In this document: in pieces, positions 47,609 to 58,423 of the stretch
How the letters are laid out: the number at the start of each line of letters is the position of its first letter
Numbering within the stretch: the stretch's first letter is position 1
Source of the DNA: Candidatus Pollutiaquabacter sp.
Lineage (GTDB): Bacteria > Bacteroidota > Bacteroidia > AKYH767-A > 2013-40CM-41-45
NCBI GenBank assembly: GCA_947465495.1
Contig: CANIAS010000007.1
Span: forward strand, 444 to 64,443
Direction of reading: 5' to 3'
DNA length: 64,000 nucleotides
Position numbers and translations under genes: made by a program
Notes under the pieces: generated by a model
Seen by the model: only the letters and a program-made list of their open reading frames with translations
Databases searched by the model: none
Told to the model about the DNA's origin: nothing

Positions 47609-49555
47609 ATGAATATGTTCACTCAAGCCGTCTGGATTCCGCTCTTGCCTTTCCTCTCGTTCTTGCTACTAGGGTTCTTCGGAAAGTATCTGAAAGGTAC
47701 AACTGCGGGCTGGCTGGCCACAGTATTTCTACTTGGTGCTGCAGCTATTTCTTTCAACATTGCTTATGAGTATTTCTTTTTGTTCGGAAAAGATGCCAAT
47801 GGTGTTTACCAAACAATTGTCCCGCTTAAAATGACCTGGTTGCAGTTCGCAGGTGGTTTGTCTATTGATATGGGATTACTAATAGATCCTATCGCTGTGA
47901 TGATGTTGGTGGTAGTGACATTCATCTCTCTGATGGTACACCTGTACAGCCTTGGCTATATGAAAGGGGAGGAGCGCTTCAGTACCTATTACGCGTATCT
48001 TGGGTTGTTCACCTTTTCGATGTTGGGATTGGTACTTTCCGTCAATCTTTTCCAGATTTATATCTTCTGGGAATTAGTTGGGGTATCTTCCTTCTTATTG
48101 ATCGGTTTTTATTTCGATCGTGCTTCCGCCATTGCTGCAGCTAAAAAAGCATTCATCGTTACACGATTTGCAGACCTTGGATTTCTTATCGGGATCCTGG
48201 TACTTTCTTCGGCTGCTGGAACACTCGACTTTCAGACCTTAATTCAACGATTAACTGATTCAACCGGTGAAGGATTACACACGGCTACTGCTACCGGATT
48301 CCTGGGAGTTTCTGCACTAACTTGGGGCCTGTTATTGATTTTCATGGGCGGTGCTGGGAAATCGGCGATGTTCCCACTGCACATCTGGTTGCCGGATGCC
48401 ATGGAAGGACCTACACCTGTTTCTGCTTTGATTCATGCGGCCACCATGGTGGTAGCGGGTGTGTATCTCGTTGCTAGATTGTTTGGTATTTTTGCTTTTT
48501 CTGCACCAGGAGCCATGGAAGTCGTGGCCTGGGTGGGTGCTATATCCTCGCTCTTTGCAGCCGTCATCGCCTGTACACAAACCGACATCAAGCGCGTATT
48601 GGCTTATTCCACCATGTCGCAAATCGGCTACATGATGTTCGCATTGGGTGTTTCCGGTGGATCTGGCGAAGCAGTCGATGGTTTTACAGCAGCGAATTTC
48701 CACCTCTTTACACATGCAATGTTTAAAGCGCTATTGTTCTTAGGCGCCGGCATGGTCATTCATGCGGTTCATAGCAATGAGTTGAAAGATATGGGTGGTT
48801 TGAGGAAACAACTTCCAGTGACACACCTTACCTTTTTGATTGCTTGCTTGGCTATTGCTGGAGTTCCTCCATTTGCCGGTTTCTTTAGCAAAGAAGCCAT
48901 CTTGCACGCAGCTCACCTCACACATCCTGCTATCTATTGGATTGGCATCATTACCGCAGCATTGACCGCTTTCTACATGTTCCGGTTGTACTTTGGAATT
49001 TTCCACGGTGCTACCTCTTCGCATCATGGTGATAGTCATCATCACGGGCACGAAGGCGATTTCTTTCAAAAGCTGCCATTGATACTATTGGGAGTCGCCT
49101 CCATGACTGCTGGATTTATCCCTTTCGGAAATTTCGTTAGTTTTAGTGGACGACCGGTAGAGCTTCATACAGACCTGGCGTTTTCCATCCTCCCGGTTTC
49201 ATTGTCGTTGGTAGGAATTCTAATAGCTGCCTGGTTCTATCGTAAACCAAGTGAAATGCCGGATAAAGTGGCAGGATTTTTCGGGTCGGTTTTTACAGCG
49301 GCACGTCAGAAGTTCTACATTGATGAGATCTATCTTTTCATCACCCGTAAAATTATCTTCAAGTTGATAGCAGCGCCTGCTGCCTGGTTCGATCGTTCTA
49401 TTATTGATGGAACTGTAAATACATTCGGAGTAGCTGCTCAAACAGGTTCCGAGTCAATCAGTGATCTTCAAACCGGTAAGGTTCAGTCGTATGCCGCCTG
49501 GTTCGTAGGTGCAACCCTTCTCTTGATTATCGTCTTTATTTATTTCATCCATTGA
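47609..49555 (+). CDS. nuoL: NADH-quinone oxidoreductase subunit L
   Basis: 648-aa antiporter-like subunit with 'IHAATMVVAGVYLVAR' and 'STMSQIGYM' motifs. Confidence 0.85.
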   Translation: MNMFTQAVWIPLLPFLSFLLLGFFGKYLKGTTAGWLATVFLLGAAAISFNIAYEYFFLFGKDANGVYQTIVPLKMTWLQFAGGLSIDMGLLIDPIAVMMLVVVTFISLMVHLYSLGYMKGEERFSTYYAYLGLFTFSMLGLVLSVNLFQIYIFWELVGVSSFLLIGFYFDRASAIAAAKKAFIVTRFADLGFLIGILVLSSAAGTLDFQTLIQRLTDSTGEGLHTATATGFLGVSALTWGLLLIFMGGAGKSAMFPLHIWLPDAMEGPTPVSALIHAATMVVAGVYLVARLFGIFAFSAPGAMEVVAWVGAISSLFAAVIACTQTDIKRVLAYSTMSQIGYMMFALGVSGGSGEAVDGFTAANFHLFTHAMFKALLFLGAGMVIHAVHSNELKDMGGLRKQLPVTHLTFLIACLAIAGVPPFAGFFSKEAILHAAHLTHPAIYWIGIITAALTAFYMFRLYFGIFHGATSSHHGDSHHHGHEGDFFQKLPLILLGVASMTAGFIPFGNFVSFSGRPVELHTDLAFSILPVSLSLVGILIAAWFYRKPSEMPDKVAGFFGSVFTAARQKFYIDEIYLFITRKIIFKLIAAPAAWFDRSIIDGTVNTFGVAAQTGSESISDLQTGKVQSYAAWFVGATLLLIIVFIYFIH

Positions 49556-49565
49556 TGCAGCAATC

Positions 49566-51068
49566 ATGAATCTGTCTCTATTATTCATCGTACCTGCCAT
49601 CACGGCTGTTGTCATCCTTTTTACAAGGTCGTTGCAACAAGCGCGTGCACTTGCATTAGGCGGATCGGTGGTGCAACTGTTTCTCGTTGGCAACTTGATT
49701 GCTGCTTTTCAGCGCACTACTTCCGGACTCGGTGATGGTGTTTCTGATTTTGTCTTTCAACAACGTATGGCTTGGTTTCCGTCGCTGCACATCGACTACT
49801 TTGTTGGAGTTGATGGCATCTCTGTAGCGATGATCGGACTTACTGCTCTAGTTGTACTGGCAGGTGTGCTCGTTTCGTGGAATGTCACTAAACAACCTCG
49901 TGAATTCTTCTTCTTGCTAATGTTTCTTAGTGCAGGTGCTTATGGATTCTTTATTTCCTTGGATTTGTTCCTTCAATTCTTTTTCCTTGAATTGGCGGTC
50001 ATTCCAAAGTATCTCTTAATTGGCATCTGGGGCAGCGGTAAAAAAGAATACAGCGCGAATAAGTTGGCGCTGATGTTAATGGGCGGTTCTGCGCTGGTAT
50101 TCGTTGGTTTGCTGGGAGTGTACTTCCGCTCCGGATCTACCGTTACCTTCGATTGGCTGCGGGCTACTGGTAGTATCATGCCGGTATCCGATCAGCTTTT
50201 TTTCTTCCCATTTCTTTTTTTGGGATTCGGTGTGTTTACTGCTTTGTTCCCGTTTCATACCTGGGTGCCCGATGGACACTCTAGCGCACCTACAGCTGCC
50301 TCCATGTTCTTGGCGGGAATATCGATGAAATTAGGTGGGTATGGATGTCTTCGTGTTGCGATGTGTCTGATGCCCGAGGCTGCACAATACTACTCAGTCT
50401 ACATTGTCGCTCTTGCTACCATCGCTGTGCTCTATGGTGCTTTCGCTACCATGATGCAGACGGATCTGAAATACATCAATGCATATTCATCGGTTAGCCA
50501 TTGCGGATTTGTTCTCTTGGGAATTGGCATGATGACCCGCTCCTCTATACAAGGTGCTGTACTGCAAATGGTCTCTCACGGATTAATGACAGCCCTCTTC
50601 TTTGCCGCAATCGGGATGTTGTACGAACGGACACATACTCGAAAGGTGAGTGAACTAGGTGGTGTTATGAAAAGTATGCCCTTTGTTTCTACGTTGTTTT
50701 TCTTAGCCGGACTTTGTTCGCTTGGATTGCCTGGGTTGTCTGGGTTCGTTTCTGAGATGACCGTTTTTGTAGGTTCATGGGAGCGAGCAGAAACAGGTTA
50801 CCGGGTTATGACCGTCCTAAGCTGCATGTCTATTGTTGTTACCGCAGTCTATATCCTTCGAGCTATCGGTTCTTCCATCATGGGAGCACCACGTTCAGCT
50901 GCATTTTTACAATTCAAAGATGCTGCATGGAACGAACGGGTGGCTGCAGCAGTTTTAATGGCCGGTATCCTCATTATCGGCATCACACCATTCCTATTAA
51001 ATCAATTGATCCTTCCAGGTTCGGAAAAGATCGCCCAACAGCTTCAACGCATCATCCTACCGCTTTGA
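49566..51068 (+). CDS. nuoM: NADH-quinone oxidoreductase subunit M
   Basis: 500-aa antiporter-like subunit in conserved operon position. Confidence 0.8.
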   Translation: MNLSLLFIVPAITAVVILFTRSLQQARALALGGSVVQLFLVGNLIAAFQRTTSGLGDGVSDFVFQQRMAWFPSLHIDYFVGVDGISVAMIGLTALVVLAGVLVSWNVTKQPREFFFLLMFLSAGAYGFFISLDLFLQFFFLELAVIPKYLLIGIWGSGKKEYSANKLALMLMGGSALVFVGLLGVYFRSGSTVTFDWLRATGSIMPVSDQLFFFPFLFLGFGVFTALFPFHTWVPDGHSSAPTAASMFLAGISMKLGGYGCLRVAMCLMPEAAQYYSVYIVALATIAVLYGAFATMMQTDLKYINAYSSVSHCGFVLLGIGMMTRSSIQGAVLQMVSHGLMTALFFAAIGMLYERTHTRKVSELGGVMKSMPFVSTLFFLAGLCSLGLPGLSGFVSEMTVFVGSWERAETGYRVMTVLSCMSIVVTAVYILRAIGSSIMGAPRSAAFLQFKDAAWNERVAAAVLMAGILIIGITPFLLNQLILPGSEKIAQQLQRIILPL

Positions 51069-51069
51069 T

Positions 51070-52482
51070 ATGAACGAGATCGTCCAATTCATGCTTCCGG
51101 AGCTCGGCTTGACCGTCTTGCTTTTTGTATTGCTATTCGTCCGCATCGTTGGGAAACTTGAGCTTGCTGGGCAGGTTTGCCAGCTCATGAACATCGCATT
51201 GCCAATATTGGCCTTGTGTATGTGGTTTATGCCTGCTCCTGAAGGAGCTCAATTTGGTGGAATGATGATCAGCTCTAAATTGATTGTCACGGAAAAACTA
51301 TTGCTCCTTGTAGGTACCTGGATCATCAGCCTGTTTTCTTCACCGTGGTTGCGCGGTCATCGACATCCTGCAGAATTCTACATGTTGATGCTCTCCACGC
51401 TGATGGGCATATTTTTCTTGCTATCCAGCGGCGATTTCTTGCTCTTCTTCCTTGCATTGGAATTGTCCGCAATTCCGTTGGCGGCTCTCTGTAATTTTGA
51501 TTTGGAAAAACACGTCAGTGGCGAAAGTGCTATGAAAATGATTTTTTCCTCCGCCCTTTCTTCGGGCATTCTCTTATTCGGCATTTCGTTGCTGTATGGC
51601 GCAACAGGTACATTGTCATTTGTACAAATTCCTGCCCTGTTGGACGGCTCGCCTCTTCAGATCATGGCATTTGTAATGATCTTTACTGGTTTCGCGTTTA
51701 AGTTGTCGATTGTTCCATTTCATTTTTGGACCGCAGATGTCTATGAGGGTGCACCTGTTCCTGTGACTGCTTTCTTGTCAGTCATCTCCAAAGGATCAAT
51801 GGCATTTGTTTTCGTTAGCGCATTATACACGGTATTTCGTCCACTGTCAGAAATCTGGTACATCGCGATTACACTGCTGGCGGTAATATCGATGACGGTT
51901 GGAAACCTCTTTGCCATTCGCCAACAGAATTTGAAACGTTTCCTGGCCTTCTCGAGTATCGCGCAAGTAGGTTACCTGCTAATAGGTATTTCTGGAAGCT
52001 CGATCGACGGAATGTCATCCGTAGTTTATTTTGTGTTGGTCTATGTATTCTCCAACCTCGCTGCCTTTGCCGTAATCACGCTGGTTTCTTCTGCCACTTC
52101 CCGAGAAACCATCGACGGTCTAAAAGGTTTTCATGCTTCAAATCCGCTATTGGCTTGGGTCTTGGCACTTGCCTTATTCTCACTCGCAGGGATTCCTCCA
52201 ACCGCCGGATTCTTTGGTAAATTTTTCCTGCTTACTGCAGGTGCGGCCAAATGGAATAGTCCGGTACTCATCGTTGCTGCATTGAACATGGTGGTATCGT
52301 TGTATTATTACCTGCGTGTGGTGAAAGCCATGTTCATGGATTCATCCGACGATACCATGATTCGACTTACTCCTAATGTGTCCGTGCAATTCGCCTTACT
52401 ACTTTGTACTGCAGGTATACTTCTCCTGGGCTTTTATTCCCCGGCCTACGAGTGGATTCGTTCACTTAGCTTCGGTATCTGA
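51070..52482 (+). CDS. nuoN: NADH-quinone oxidoreductase subunit N
   Basis: 470-aa antiporter-like subunit. Its start overlaps the nuoM stop (TGATATG). Confidence 0.8.
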   Translation: MNEIVQFMLPELGLTVLLFVLLFVRIVGKLELAGQVCQLMNIALPILALCMWFMPAPEGAQFGGMMISSKLIVTEKLLLLVGTWIISLFSSPWLRGHRHPAEFYMLMLSTLMGIFFLLSSGDFLLFFLALELSAIPLAALCNFDLEKHVSGESAMKMIFSSALSSGILLFGISLLYGATGTLSFVQIPALLDGSPLQIMAFVMIFTGFAFKLSIVPFHFWTADVYEGAPVPVTAFLSVISKGSMAFVFVSALYTVFRPLSEIWYIAITLLAVISMTVGNLFAIRQQNLKRFLAFSSIAQVGYLLIGISGSSIDGMSSVVYFVLVYVFSNLAAFAVITLVSSATSRETIDGLKGFHASNPLLAWVLALALFSLAGIPPTAGFFGKFFLLTAGAAKWNSPVLIVAALNMVVSLYYYLRVVKAMFMDSSDDTMIRLTPNVSVQFALLLCTAGILLLGFYSPAYEWIRSLSFGI

Positions 52483-52502
52483 TCGTTTTCAATAGCAAAT
52501 TT

Positions 52503-52859
52503 ATGGCCATCAACCAACATCACTTATTTGAAGACCTTGACGGCACTAAGTGCGCAGTCGTTGAAAAAAATATAAGTTCTGAGCGAGTTTCCTTTTTAAA
52601 GGCGCTTCTGGAATTCAATGGCTATACGGTAGTGGTTGTTCCTGCCGCGCCCGCTAAAGCAGCCTCGGTCGAAAGCGATGCAGCAGCCCCAGCTCCGCCT
52701 ACATTGTTTACCTTGGGCGTCAGCGATGTTATGTTCAACGCTACCAACGCGGTGTTTGGACGCTTATTGCGAACACCTAATGGGCAAGTAGTCAGCCTCG
52801 ATTATTGGAAACAACGATCTGGGGTCTCGGATGATCAGACGCCCTATTATCAGCGTTGA
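52503..52859 (+). CDS. hypothetical small protein (118 aa) 20 bp downstream of nuoN
   Basis: ATG verified. Contains an Ala/Pro-rich linker. I recognise no domain. Confidence 0.35.
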   Translation: MAINQHHLFEDLDGTKCAVVEKNISSERVSFLKALLEFNGYTVVVVPAAPAKAASVESDAAAPAPPTLFTLGVSDVMFNATNAVFGRLLRTPNGQVVSLDYWKQRSGVSDDQTPYYQR

Positions 52860-52867
52860 TTAATCGA

Positions 52868-55549
52868 TTACTCTTCCAACTTGTAAAGTACAATAGATCC
52901 TTCAGGAGTCGCTGTTAGTGTGTAGGAGCCGTCTGCTTGGTCAGGTAACCTTATGTCGCAGTAATAGCCATTGCCTGGTATCGGAAGTCCAGGAAGCATA
53001 TTTCCGTTATTGTCATAGAGCCATAAGAGTCCTTTGTTTTTTGAGTAAAGCCCCCAGTGGTCAGACTCATACGTTAGGTTAATGGCAAATGCACAGTCGG
53101 CTGCGGGTAGATCATTGGAAGACGGCTGGGAGTCTTGCGCTCGTACCATCCATGATTTGGTGGAGTCGGCGAGTAATACCATGCGTGATGTTGTGCGTTG
53201 ATTGACGGCGTTCAGCCGAAAAGCACCTGATGGAGGTGATAGTGTTCGTAAGCTCATCGAAACCACGTCGAGTTCCAGCACCATTCCTTCGTTAGTCAAT
53301 AGCAGTACGTTGTTTCTGTCAGCGGTGTCTGCACGTGTCAACTCAATTCGTGTCACTGGTTTTTCAATGGGAACTGCAGTCGCTTTGCCTGATTCGTTCA
53401 CTACGAATACTTTTTTATTGGTGTGTAAGCATATTTTATTTCCGATGACAACCAGCGGGGAGCTCAACTGTTGTACGTTGAACTTTTGTTGGAAGCCTTC
53501 GATTGGCCTTCCGTCCGTTTCGTATCCATAAAGTTTCCCATTTTCGCAAACGATATAAAGTTTGTCAATCAGTCCGTTGGCATCGTAGGAGCAGCAAAGT
53601 TCACTCATTGCCGGAGCCGGTAGTTGAATGGGGAAATTGCCCGCATTGTTTCCGTCCTGATCGATGACCCAAAGTTGCTGCTTGGTGGCAAATGCAAAAT
53701 GAATGATGCCGTTCTTGAATAAGTCAACTGGATGACAACGGCCCATCAGTTTGTCTGGTAATGGTTTTTTAATTCGAATGATTCCGGAAGGTAGGATGAG
53801 ATACAATTGATTCAACTGATCTTGTGCTGCAATTAATGGAAGTGTTCGGTTCGGGCCAGTATACAGCACATGAGGAGGAACTTCAAGGGCAGTATCCAGT
53901 ACTGTTGCCCACGTCAAAGCAGCAGGCTGAATTTTTTGCTCGGTAGCATTGATCCGTACGGAAGTAGTGTAGCGATTGTTGACCTTCGTGATTTTCAGGG
54001 AAAGACTTCCAAGGTTATTGAGAAAGTTGTTTTGCGTCAACAGGGAATTGGCCCGCTGATCATCGAAGATGACGCGCGTTAATTGCTGACATCGGTTACG
54101 ATCAATATAGGTCAATAGCGCTGGCCTGTCTCCTTGTAGCTGAAGTTGTCGGCGCATGGAAGGGTCTTTTAACAGTGTCTTTTTGTCTGTAAACGTGTTC
54201 AGTATACTTATAATAGCGGAGGATTGATTGGCGAAAAAGAATGTATTACCGATTCGAGCAAAGCACGTTCGTTTAACTCCTGTACCCAATTTGCCAAACC
54301 AGATGGAAGCTAGCTCGCATTCAGGCATAGTGCTAATGACTACGTTGCCATGCCGTTCAACGGTGGATCCTTTTGTAGCTGCACGCAATGATTCCAATTG
54401 CATTGTCAATCGGTCGGGGTCTTGCACACGAACAGCAATGATCTGATGGTTGGTGACATCTGTAGTTGCGGGTTCGGTGACGAATAGGCAGCATTCCCCT
54501 GTAAATCGATGTAATAGTTTTGAATCTACCTTACTTCCTAAGATACCTTCAACTTCCTGCTGCTGTTGTGTTCTCAATGGACCTGCTTCGAAGAGTCCGT
54601 TGTTGGATTGTAAATGCTTCCAGGTGGCTTGTGAACTATCGAAAGCAAACCAAGTGAAAAATGCCGTAGTGCCAGGTAACATTTCCAATAGATCTTCCGG
54701 ACGGTTAATCGTATTGGAAAGATTTGCAATAAGATCGGAGGTGTCACTTGGACTGCTTGCGCCACTCATGGTAAGTCCGGTTGCGTTCGATTGCAAATTT
54801 CCTCCTGACCATTCACCAGTTCTTCCAAGTAGTTGTAATGCAATATTACCTGTTGGTGTAGTGGCATCTGTAAACAGGTCACGAATGGCGGGGAAGTGAA
54901 GGTATGCCGTTGCTTGTCCGTTGCGACTGACGGGTTGGTATATTGAGTTAAATGATTTTTGTTTTCGTAAAGGAATTCCGCTACTCAGTTGCCGTATGGC
55001 ATTTTCGACTAACAACGCTGAACGACTGTAGCAAAAAATACCATTATAGATGGTGAAACTAATGGCCGGCTTCTCAGATTCATGGATGGTGGTGCTTTCG
55101 AATTCACGCTCCAACCAAGTAGATTCTTTAAAATGCGTTTGAACGATGGACGTTGCTTTTTGCGCACTGACACCCGGAGGAAGGTCTGTTGACCAAAGCC
55201 AATCGGTGGTGCGACTTCCGGATGGATGTAAGGAGAGGTAAATAATTTTTTCTTTCCATACACTCGCCATTGTTTCGTTCGTCGATAGAGCGGAATCCAA
55301 TTGGGATGCGAATTGTTCAAACGCTTGGAAACTGCTGTCTTGTTTGACCAGTTTCCAGAGCGATGAGTTTTCAAGTTTTACGGCAATGTCGTGACCTCCT
55401 TTTATTTCCAAAATCAATGCAGCGTCTCCTGAAATGGCGTCTTGCGGGTTGGATAGGATAACGGAATAGCGTTGGAAATAATAAAATCCCAACGCAGCGA
55501 CCAAGGTCACTACCATGGCGATCAATGCACCGCGTACCATTTGTTTCAT
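52868..55549 (-). CDS. large hypothetical membrane-anchored protein (N-terminal TM helix plus ~860-aa extracytoplasmic region)
   Basis: ATG at 55549 (MKQMVRGALIAMVVTLVAALGFYYF). I recognise no catalytic motif. It is last in a same-strand string GT4 - rnhB - this gene, separated by 4-bp and 68-bp gaps. Confidence 0.45.
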   Translation of the reverse strand: MKQMVRGALIAMVVTLVAALGFYYFQRYSVILSNPQDAISGDAALILEIKGGHDIAVKLENSSLWKLVKQDSSFQAFEQFASQLDSALSTNETMASVWKEKIIYLSLHPSGSRTTDWLWSTDLPPGVSAQKATSIVQTHFKESTWLEREFESTTIHESEKPAISFTIYNGIFCYSRSALLVENAIRQLSSGIPLRKQKSFNSIYQPVSRNGQATAYLHFPAIRDLFTDATTPTGNIALQLLGRTGEWSGGNLQSNATGLTMSGASSPSDTSDLIANLSNTINRPEDLLEMLPGTTAFFTWFAFDSSQATWKHLQSNNGLFEAGPLRTQQQQEVEGILGSKVDSKLLHRFTGECCLFVTEPATTDVTNHQIIAVRVQDPDRLTMQLESLRAATKGSTVERHGNVVISTMPECELASIWFGKLGTGVKRTCFARIGNTFFFANQSSAIISILNTFTDKKTLLKDPSMRRQLQLQGDRPALLTYIDRNRCQQLTRVIFDDQRANSLLTQNNFLNNLGSLSLKITKVNNRYTTSVRINATEQKIQPAALTWATVLDTALEVPPHVLYTGPNRTLPLIAAQDQLNQLYLILPSGIIRIKKPLPDKLMGRCHPVDLFKNGIIHFAFATKQQLWVIDQDGNNAGNFPIQLPAPAMSELCCSYDANGLIDKLYIVCENGKLYGYETDGRPIEGFQQKFNVQQLSSPLVVIGNKICLHTNKKVFVVNESGKATAVPIEKPVTRIELTRADTADRNNVLLLTNEGMVLELDVVSMSLRTLSPPSGAFRLNAVNQRTTSRMVLLADSTKSWMVRAQDSQPSSNDLPAADCAFAINLTYESDHWGLYSKNKGLLWLYDNNGNMLPGLPIPGNGYYCDIRLPDQADGSYTLTATPEGSIVLYKLEE

Positions 55550-55617
55550 GTAGGAAATGTAGCCAACCCTTCCGTCAGAAGTACACGCATCCACCTCGAT
55601 GTATTTACACGGTAGTG

Positions 55618-56217
55618 TTAAAAAGGAATAGAGAGTTGGTCGGGTAAAAGTCGAAAACTCAAGCGATGGTGCGGACTTATTCCGTGTTCAAGAATCGCCT
55701 TTCGATGAGCTGCTGTGCCATACCCTTTGTTCTTGCTCCATTGGTATTGCGGAAACTCAAGGTCCAATTGCAGCAACAGGTCGTCGCGGTAGGTTTTGGC
55801 TAATACCGAAGCAGCTGCGATGGAGAGGTACTTCGCATCTCCGCCAATAATGCAATGGTGAGGAATGTTGTAATACGGAGTGAACCGGTTGCCATCAATC
55901 AGCAGCAAGCCAGGACGTTCGGACAAGGTGTTAATAGCCCGGTGCATGGCGAGAAAGGAGGCGTTTAAAATATTGATTTGATCGATTTCTTCCCGATCAA
56001 CCTGACCCACCGACCAAGCAATTGCTTCTTGCTCAATTTCTGTACGAAGCTGATAACGTTGTTTCTCAGAAAGCTGTTTGGAATCATTTAGCACCTTACT
56101 TCGGTAGTCCTTGGGTAATATCACCGCTGCTGCAAATACAGGTCCCGCCAAACATCCACGACCGGCTTCGTCGCAACCGGCTTCCAGTAATCGCTGTTGG
56201 TAGCTTCTCTTAAGCAT
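55618..56217 (-). CDS. rnhB: ribonuclease HII
   Basis: '[21 protein letters not shown]' catalytic DEAGRG motif. ATG at 56217 (MLKRSY…). Confidence 0.8.
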   Translation of the reverse strand: MLKRSYQQRLLEAGCDEAGRGCLAGPVFAAAVILPKDYRSKVLNDSKQLSEKQRYQLRTEIEQEAIAWSVGQVDREEIDQINILNASFLAMHRAINTLSERPGLLLIDGNRFTPYYNIPHHCIIGGDAKYLSIAAASVLAKTYRDDLLLQLDLEFPQYQWSKNKGYGTAAHRKAILEHGISPHHRLSFRLLPDQLSIPF

Positions 56218-56230
56218 TCGTCGCAAGGTG

Positions 56231-57358
56231 TCAGCTGTTCATGGTCCGTAGCATGCTTTGCCAAAGATTTTCTGCCGTGTGATTCCAGGAGAATTGAGCA
56301 CTTCGTTCCAGGCCCTTTTGTATGAGACCGGTTCTTAGCGGTTCGTCATTCAGCAATTGCAGCATCGCGTCACTCATGGATGTAGCGTCGAATGGATTCG
56401 CCAGTAAAGCTGCGCCTCCCGCGACTTCTGGCATGGACGTGACATTCGAAGTAATCACAGGTACTCCGGATCGCATTCCTTCGAGAATAGGAATGCCAAA
56501 TCCTTCAAAATTGGAAACATACATTACAGCAAATGAAGCGGCAGCGATGCGGTGCAGTTGATCCTCGTCCACCCGGCCGGTGAAAATTACGTCGGAACGG
56601 TGTTGTAAATTAGACAAACAATCTTCCATCTCGTTGGTCCACCAGCGCTTGATTCCGGCAAAAACGAATTTGATAGTTGATCCGCTGCGCGATTTGAAAT
56701 CGTCAAATGCTTTTAAGTGGTGAAGGATGTTCTTCCGTGCATGCAAGGCGCCGATAAAAAGGAAGTAAGGCTGTCCGTCTGTTAGCGCTTGTCGCACACG
56801 AGAAATTGTAGCAATGTCCAGAGGATGGAATCCTTCGTTCACTCCGTTGTACACTACGTCAATCTTTTCAGCCGGAACCTGGTAGTACTTCGAAATATCA
56901 TGGCGGGAGAAATCAGAAACGGTAGCAATGCGGTTGGATTGACGGGCGTATTTCGGAAAGTAATGCCGATAGTAGGTTCGGTTGAAGAAAGGTAAGTCTC
57001 CCGGATAATGCTCGAAGTTGATGTCGTGTATGACCGTTAAGGTCTTGACCTTGGAACGCAACGACATGTATCCGTCTGGAGAAACGAATAAGTCTGGCTT
57101 GATCTCTTTAAAGATTCGCGGCAGCGTGTGTTCATACCACCAGTACCATAGCAAAGGGTGCCTGGCGGGAGGTCCGGCTGCAATACCCCGCACGTTTGGA
57201 CCGAAAATATATCGGTTATCAAATGGTCGGTCAAATAAGAAAATGAATTCGTGTTCCGGGTGGTTGCGGGTGATGCGGCTGAATGCTTCCAGACAGAAAT
57301 AGCCGATGCCTTCGAGTCGATGGGGTAGCAGCATTCGGGTATTTACAGCTATTCGCAT
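56231..57358 (-). CDS. GT4-family glycosyltransferase
   Basis: C-terminal '[21 protein letters not shown]' retaining-GT4 motif. Length is 375 aa. Confidence 0.7.
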   Translation of the reverse strand: MRIAVNTRMLLPHRLEGIGYFCLEAFSRITRNHPEHEFIFLFDRPFDNRYIFGPNVRGIAAGPPARHPLLWYWWYEHTLPRIFKEIKPDLFVSPDGYMSLRSKVKTLTVIHDINFEHYPGDLPFFNRTYYRHYFPKYARQSNRIATVSDFSRHDISKYYQVPAEKIDVVYNGVNEGFHPLDIATISRVRQALTDGQPYFLFIGALHARKNILHHLKAFDDFKSRSGSTIKFVFAGIKRWWTNEMEDCLSNLQHRSDVIFTGRVDEDQLHRIAAASFAVMYVSNFEGFGIPILEGMRSGVPVITSNVTSMPEVAGGAALLANPFDATSMSDAMLQLLNDEPLRTGLIQKGLERSAQFSWNHTAENLWQSMLRTMNS

Positions 57359-57487
57359 TGCTGTAAATTTACAAAGTAAAATCGTACCAAAGAGGCGTTA
57401 ACTCCCCCTGATTCTGTTGATAACGTGCTGAAACCTTTCGTAGCAAGAAGCTGCCCCGGTGTTTCATTTATCTTAATTTTGAAATTA

Positions 57488-58423
57488 ATGAGATTTAGTA
57501 TTCCTGTTACCTTAAACGAATTAGCTGCATTTTCCGGTGCAGTTGTCATCGGCGATGGCTCCATGTTGGTGCTGGGCTTAAATGAGATTCATAAAGTCGA
57601 AGCTGGAGATATCACATTTGTCGATCATCCTAAGTACTACGATAAAGCGCTCTCTTCCGCGGCTACGTTTGTGATCATCAACAAACAGGTAGATGTTCCT
57701 GCTGGAAAGGCACTGCTTTATCACGAAGATCCCTTTCGTATATACAATTCCATCGCCCGCAAATACCGTGTCTTTAATTCCAGTACCACTGCCGTAAGTG
57801 AAACGGCTACGATTGGTGAAGGCACCGTACTGCAGCCCGGCGTTTTTGTTGGTCATCATGTAAAGATTGGTCGAAATTGCCTTATCCATTCCAATGTGAG
57901 TATTTACGATCATACTGAAATTGGCGATGATGTAATCATACATGCTAATTCGGTCATTGGTGCGGATGCGTTTTATTTCAAACGTAGGCCAGAAGGGTAC
58001 GATAAAATGTATTCGTGTGGCCGTGTTGTAATTCATGACCGCGTTGAAATAGGAGCGTGCTGTACCATTGATAAAGGTGTGTCTGCGGATACCATCATTG
58101 GTCAAGGAACAAAACTCGATAATATGGTCCACATCGGACACGATACGATAATTGGTAAAAATTGTCTTTTTGCCGCTCAGGTGGCGATCGCAGGAGTAGT
58201 GACGGTCGAGGATGATGTCATATTGTGGGGCCAAGTCGGTGTTCAGAAAGATTTGACCATTGGAAAAGGAGCTGTGGTGCTTGGCAAGTCAGGCGTTCCT
58301 AAATCCATTGAAGGAGGAAAAACGTATTTCGGCACGTTAGTTCGGGAAGCAAAAGATAAAATGCGTGAAATTGCATTGATCAGACAGTTGCCCGAAATAC
58401 TGGAACGAATCAAGCGATCATGA
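57488..58423 (+). CDS. lpxD: UDP-3-O-acylglucosamine N-acyltransferase
   Basis: Left-handed beta-helix hexapeptide repeats (…IGDDVIIHANSVIGADAF…VEIGACCTIDKG…VHIGHDTIIGKNC…). The LpxD N-terminal domain starts 'MRFSIPVTLNELA'. A TAATTTTG -7-like box sits at 57474-57481. Confidence 0.75.
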   Translation: MRFSIPVTLNELAAFSGAVVIGDGSMLVLGLNEIHKVEAGDITFVDHPKYYDKALSSAATFVIINKQVDVPAGKALLYHEDPFRIYNSIARKYRVFNSSTTAVSETATIGEGTVLQPGVFVGHHVKIGRNCLIHSNVSIYDHTEIGDDVIIHANSVIGADAFYFKRRPEGYDKMYSCGRVVIHDRVEIGACCTIDKGVSADTIIGQGTKLDNMVHIGHDTIIGKNCLFAAQVAIAGVVTVEDDVILWGQVGVQKDLTIGKGAVVLGKSGVPKSIEGGKTYFGTLVREAKDKMREIALIRQLPEILERIKRS

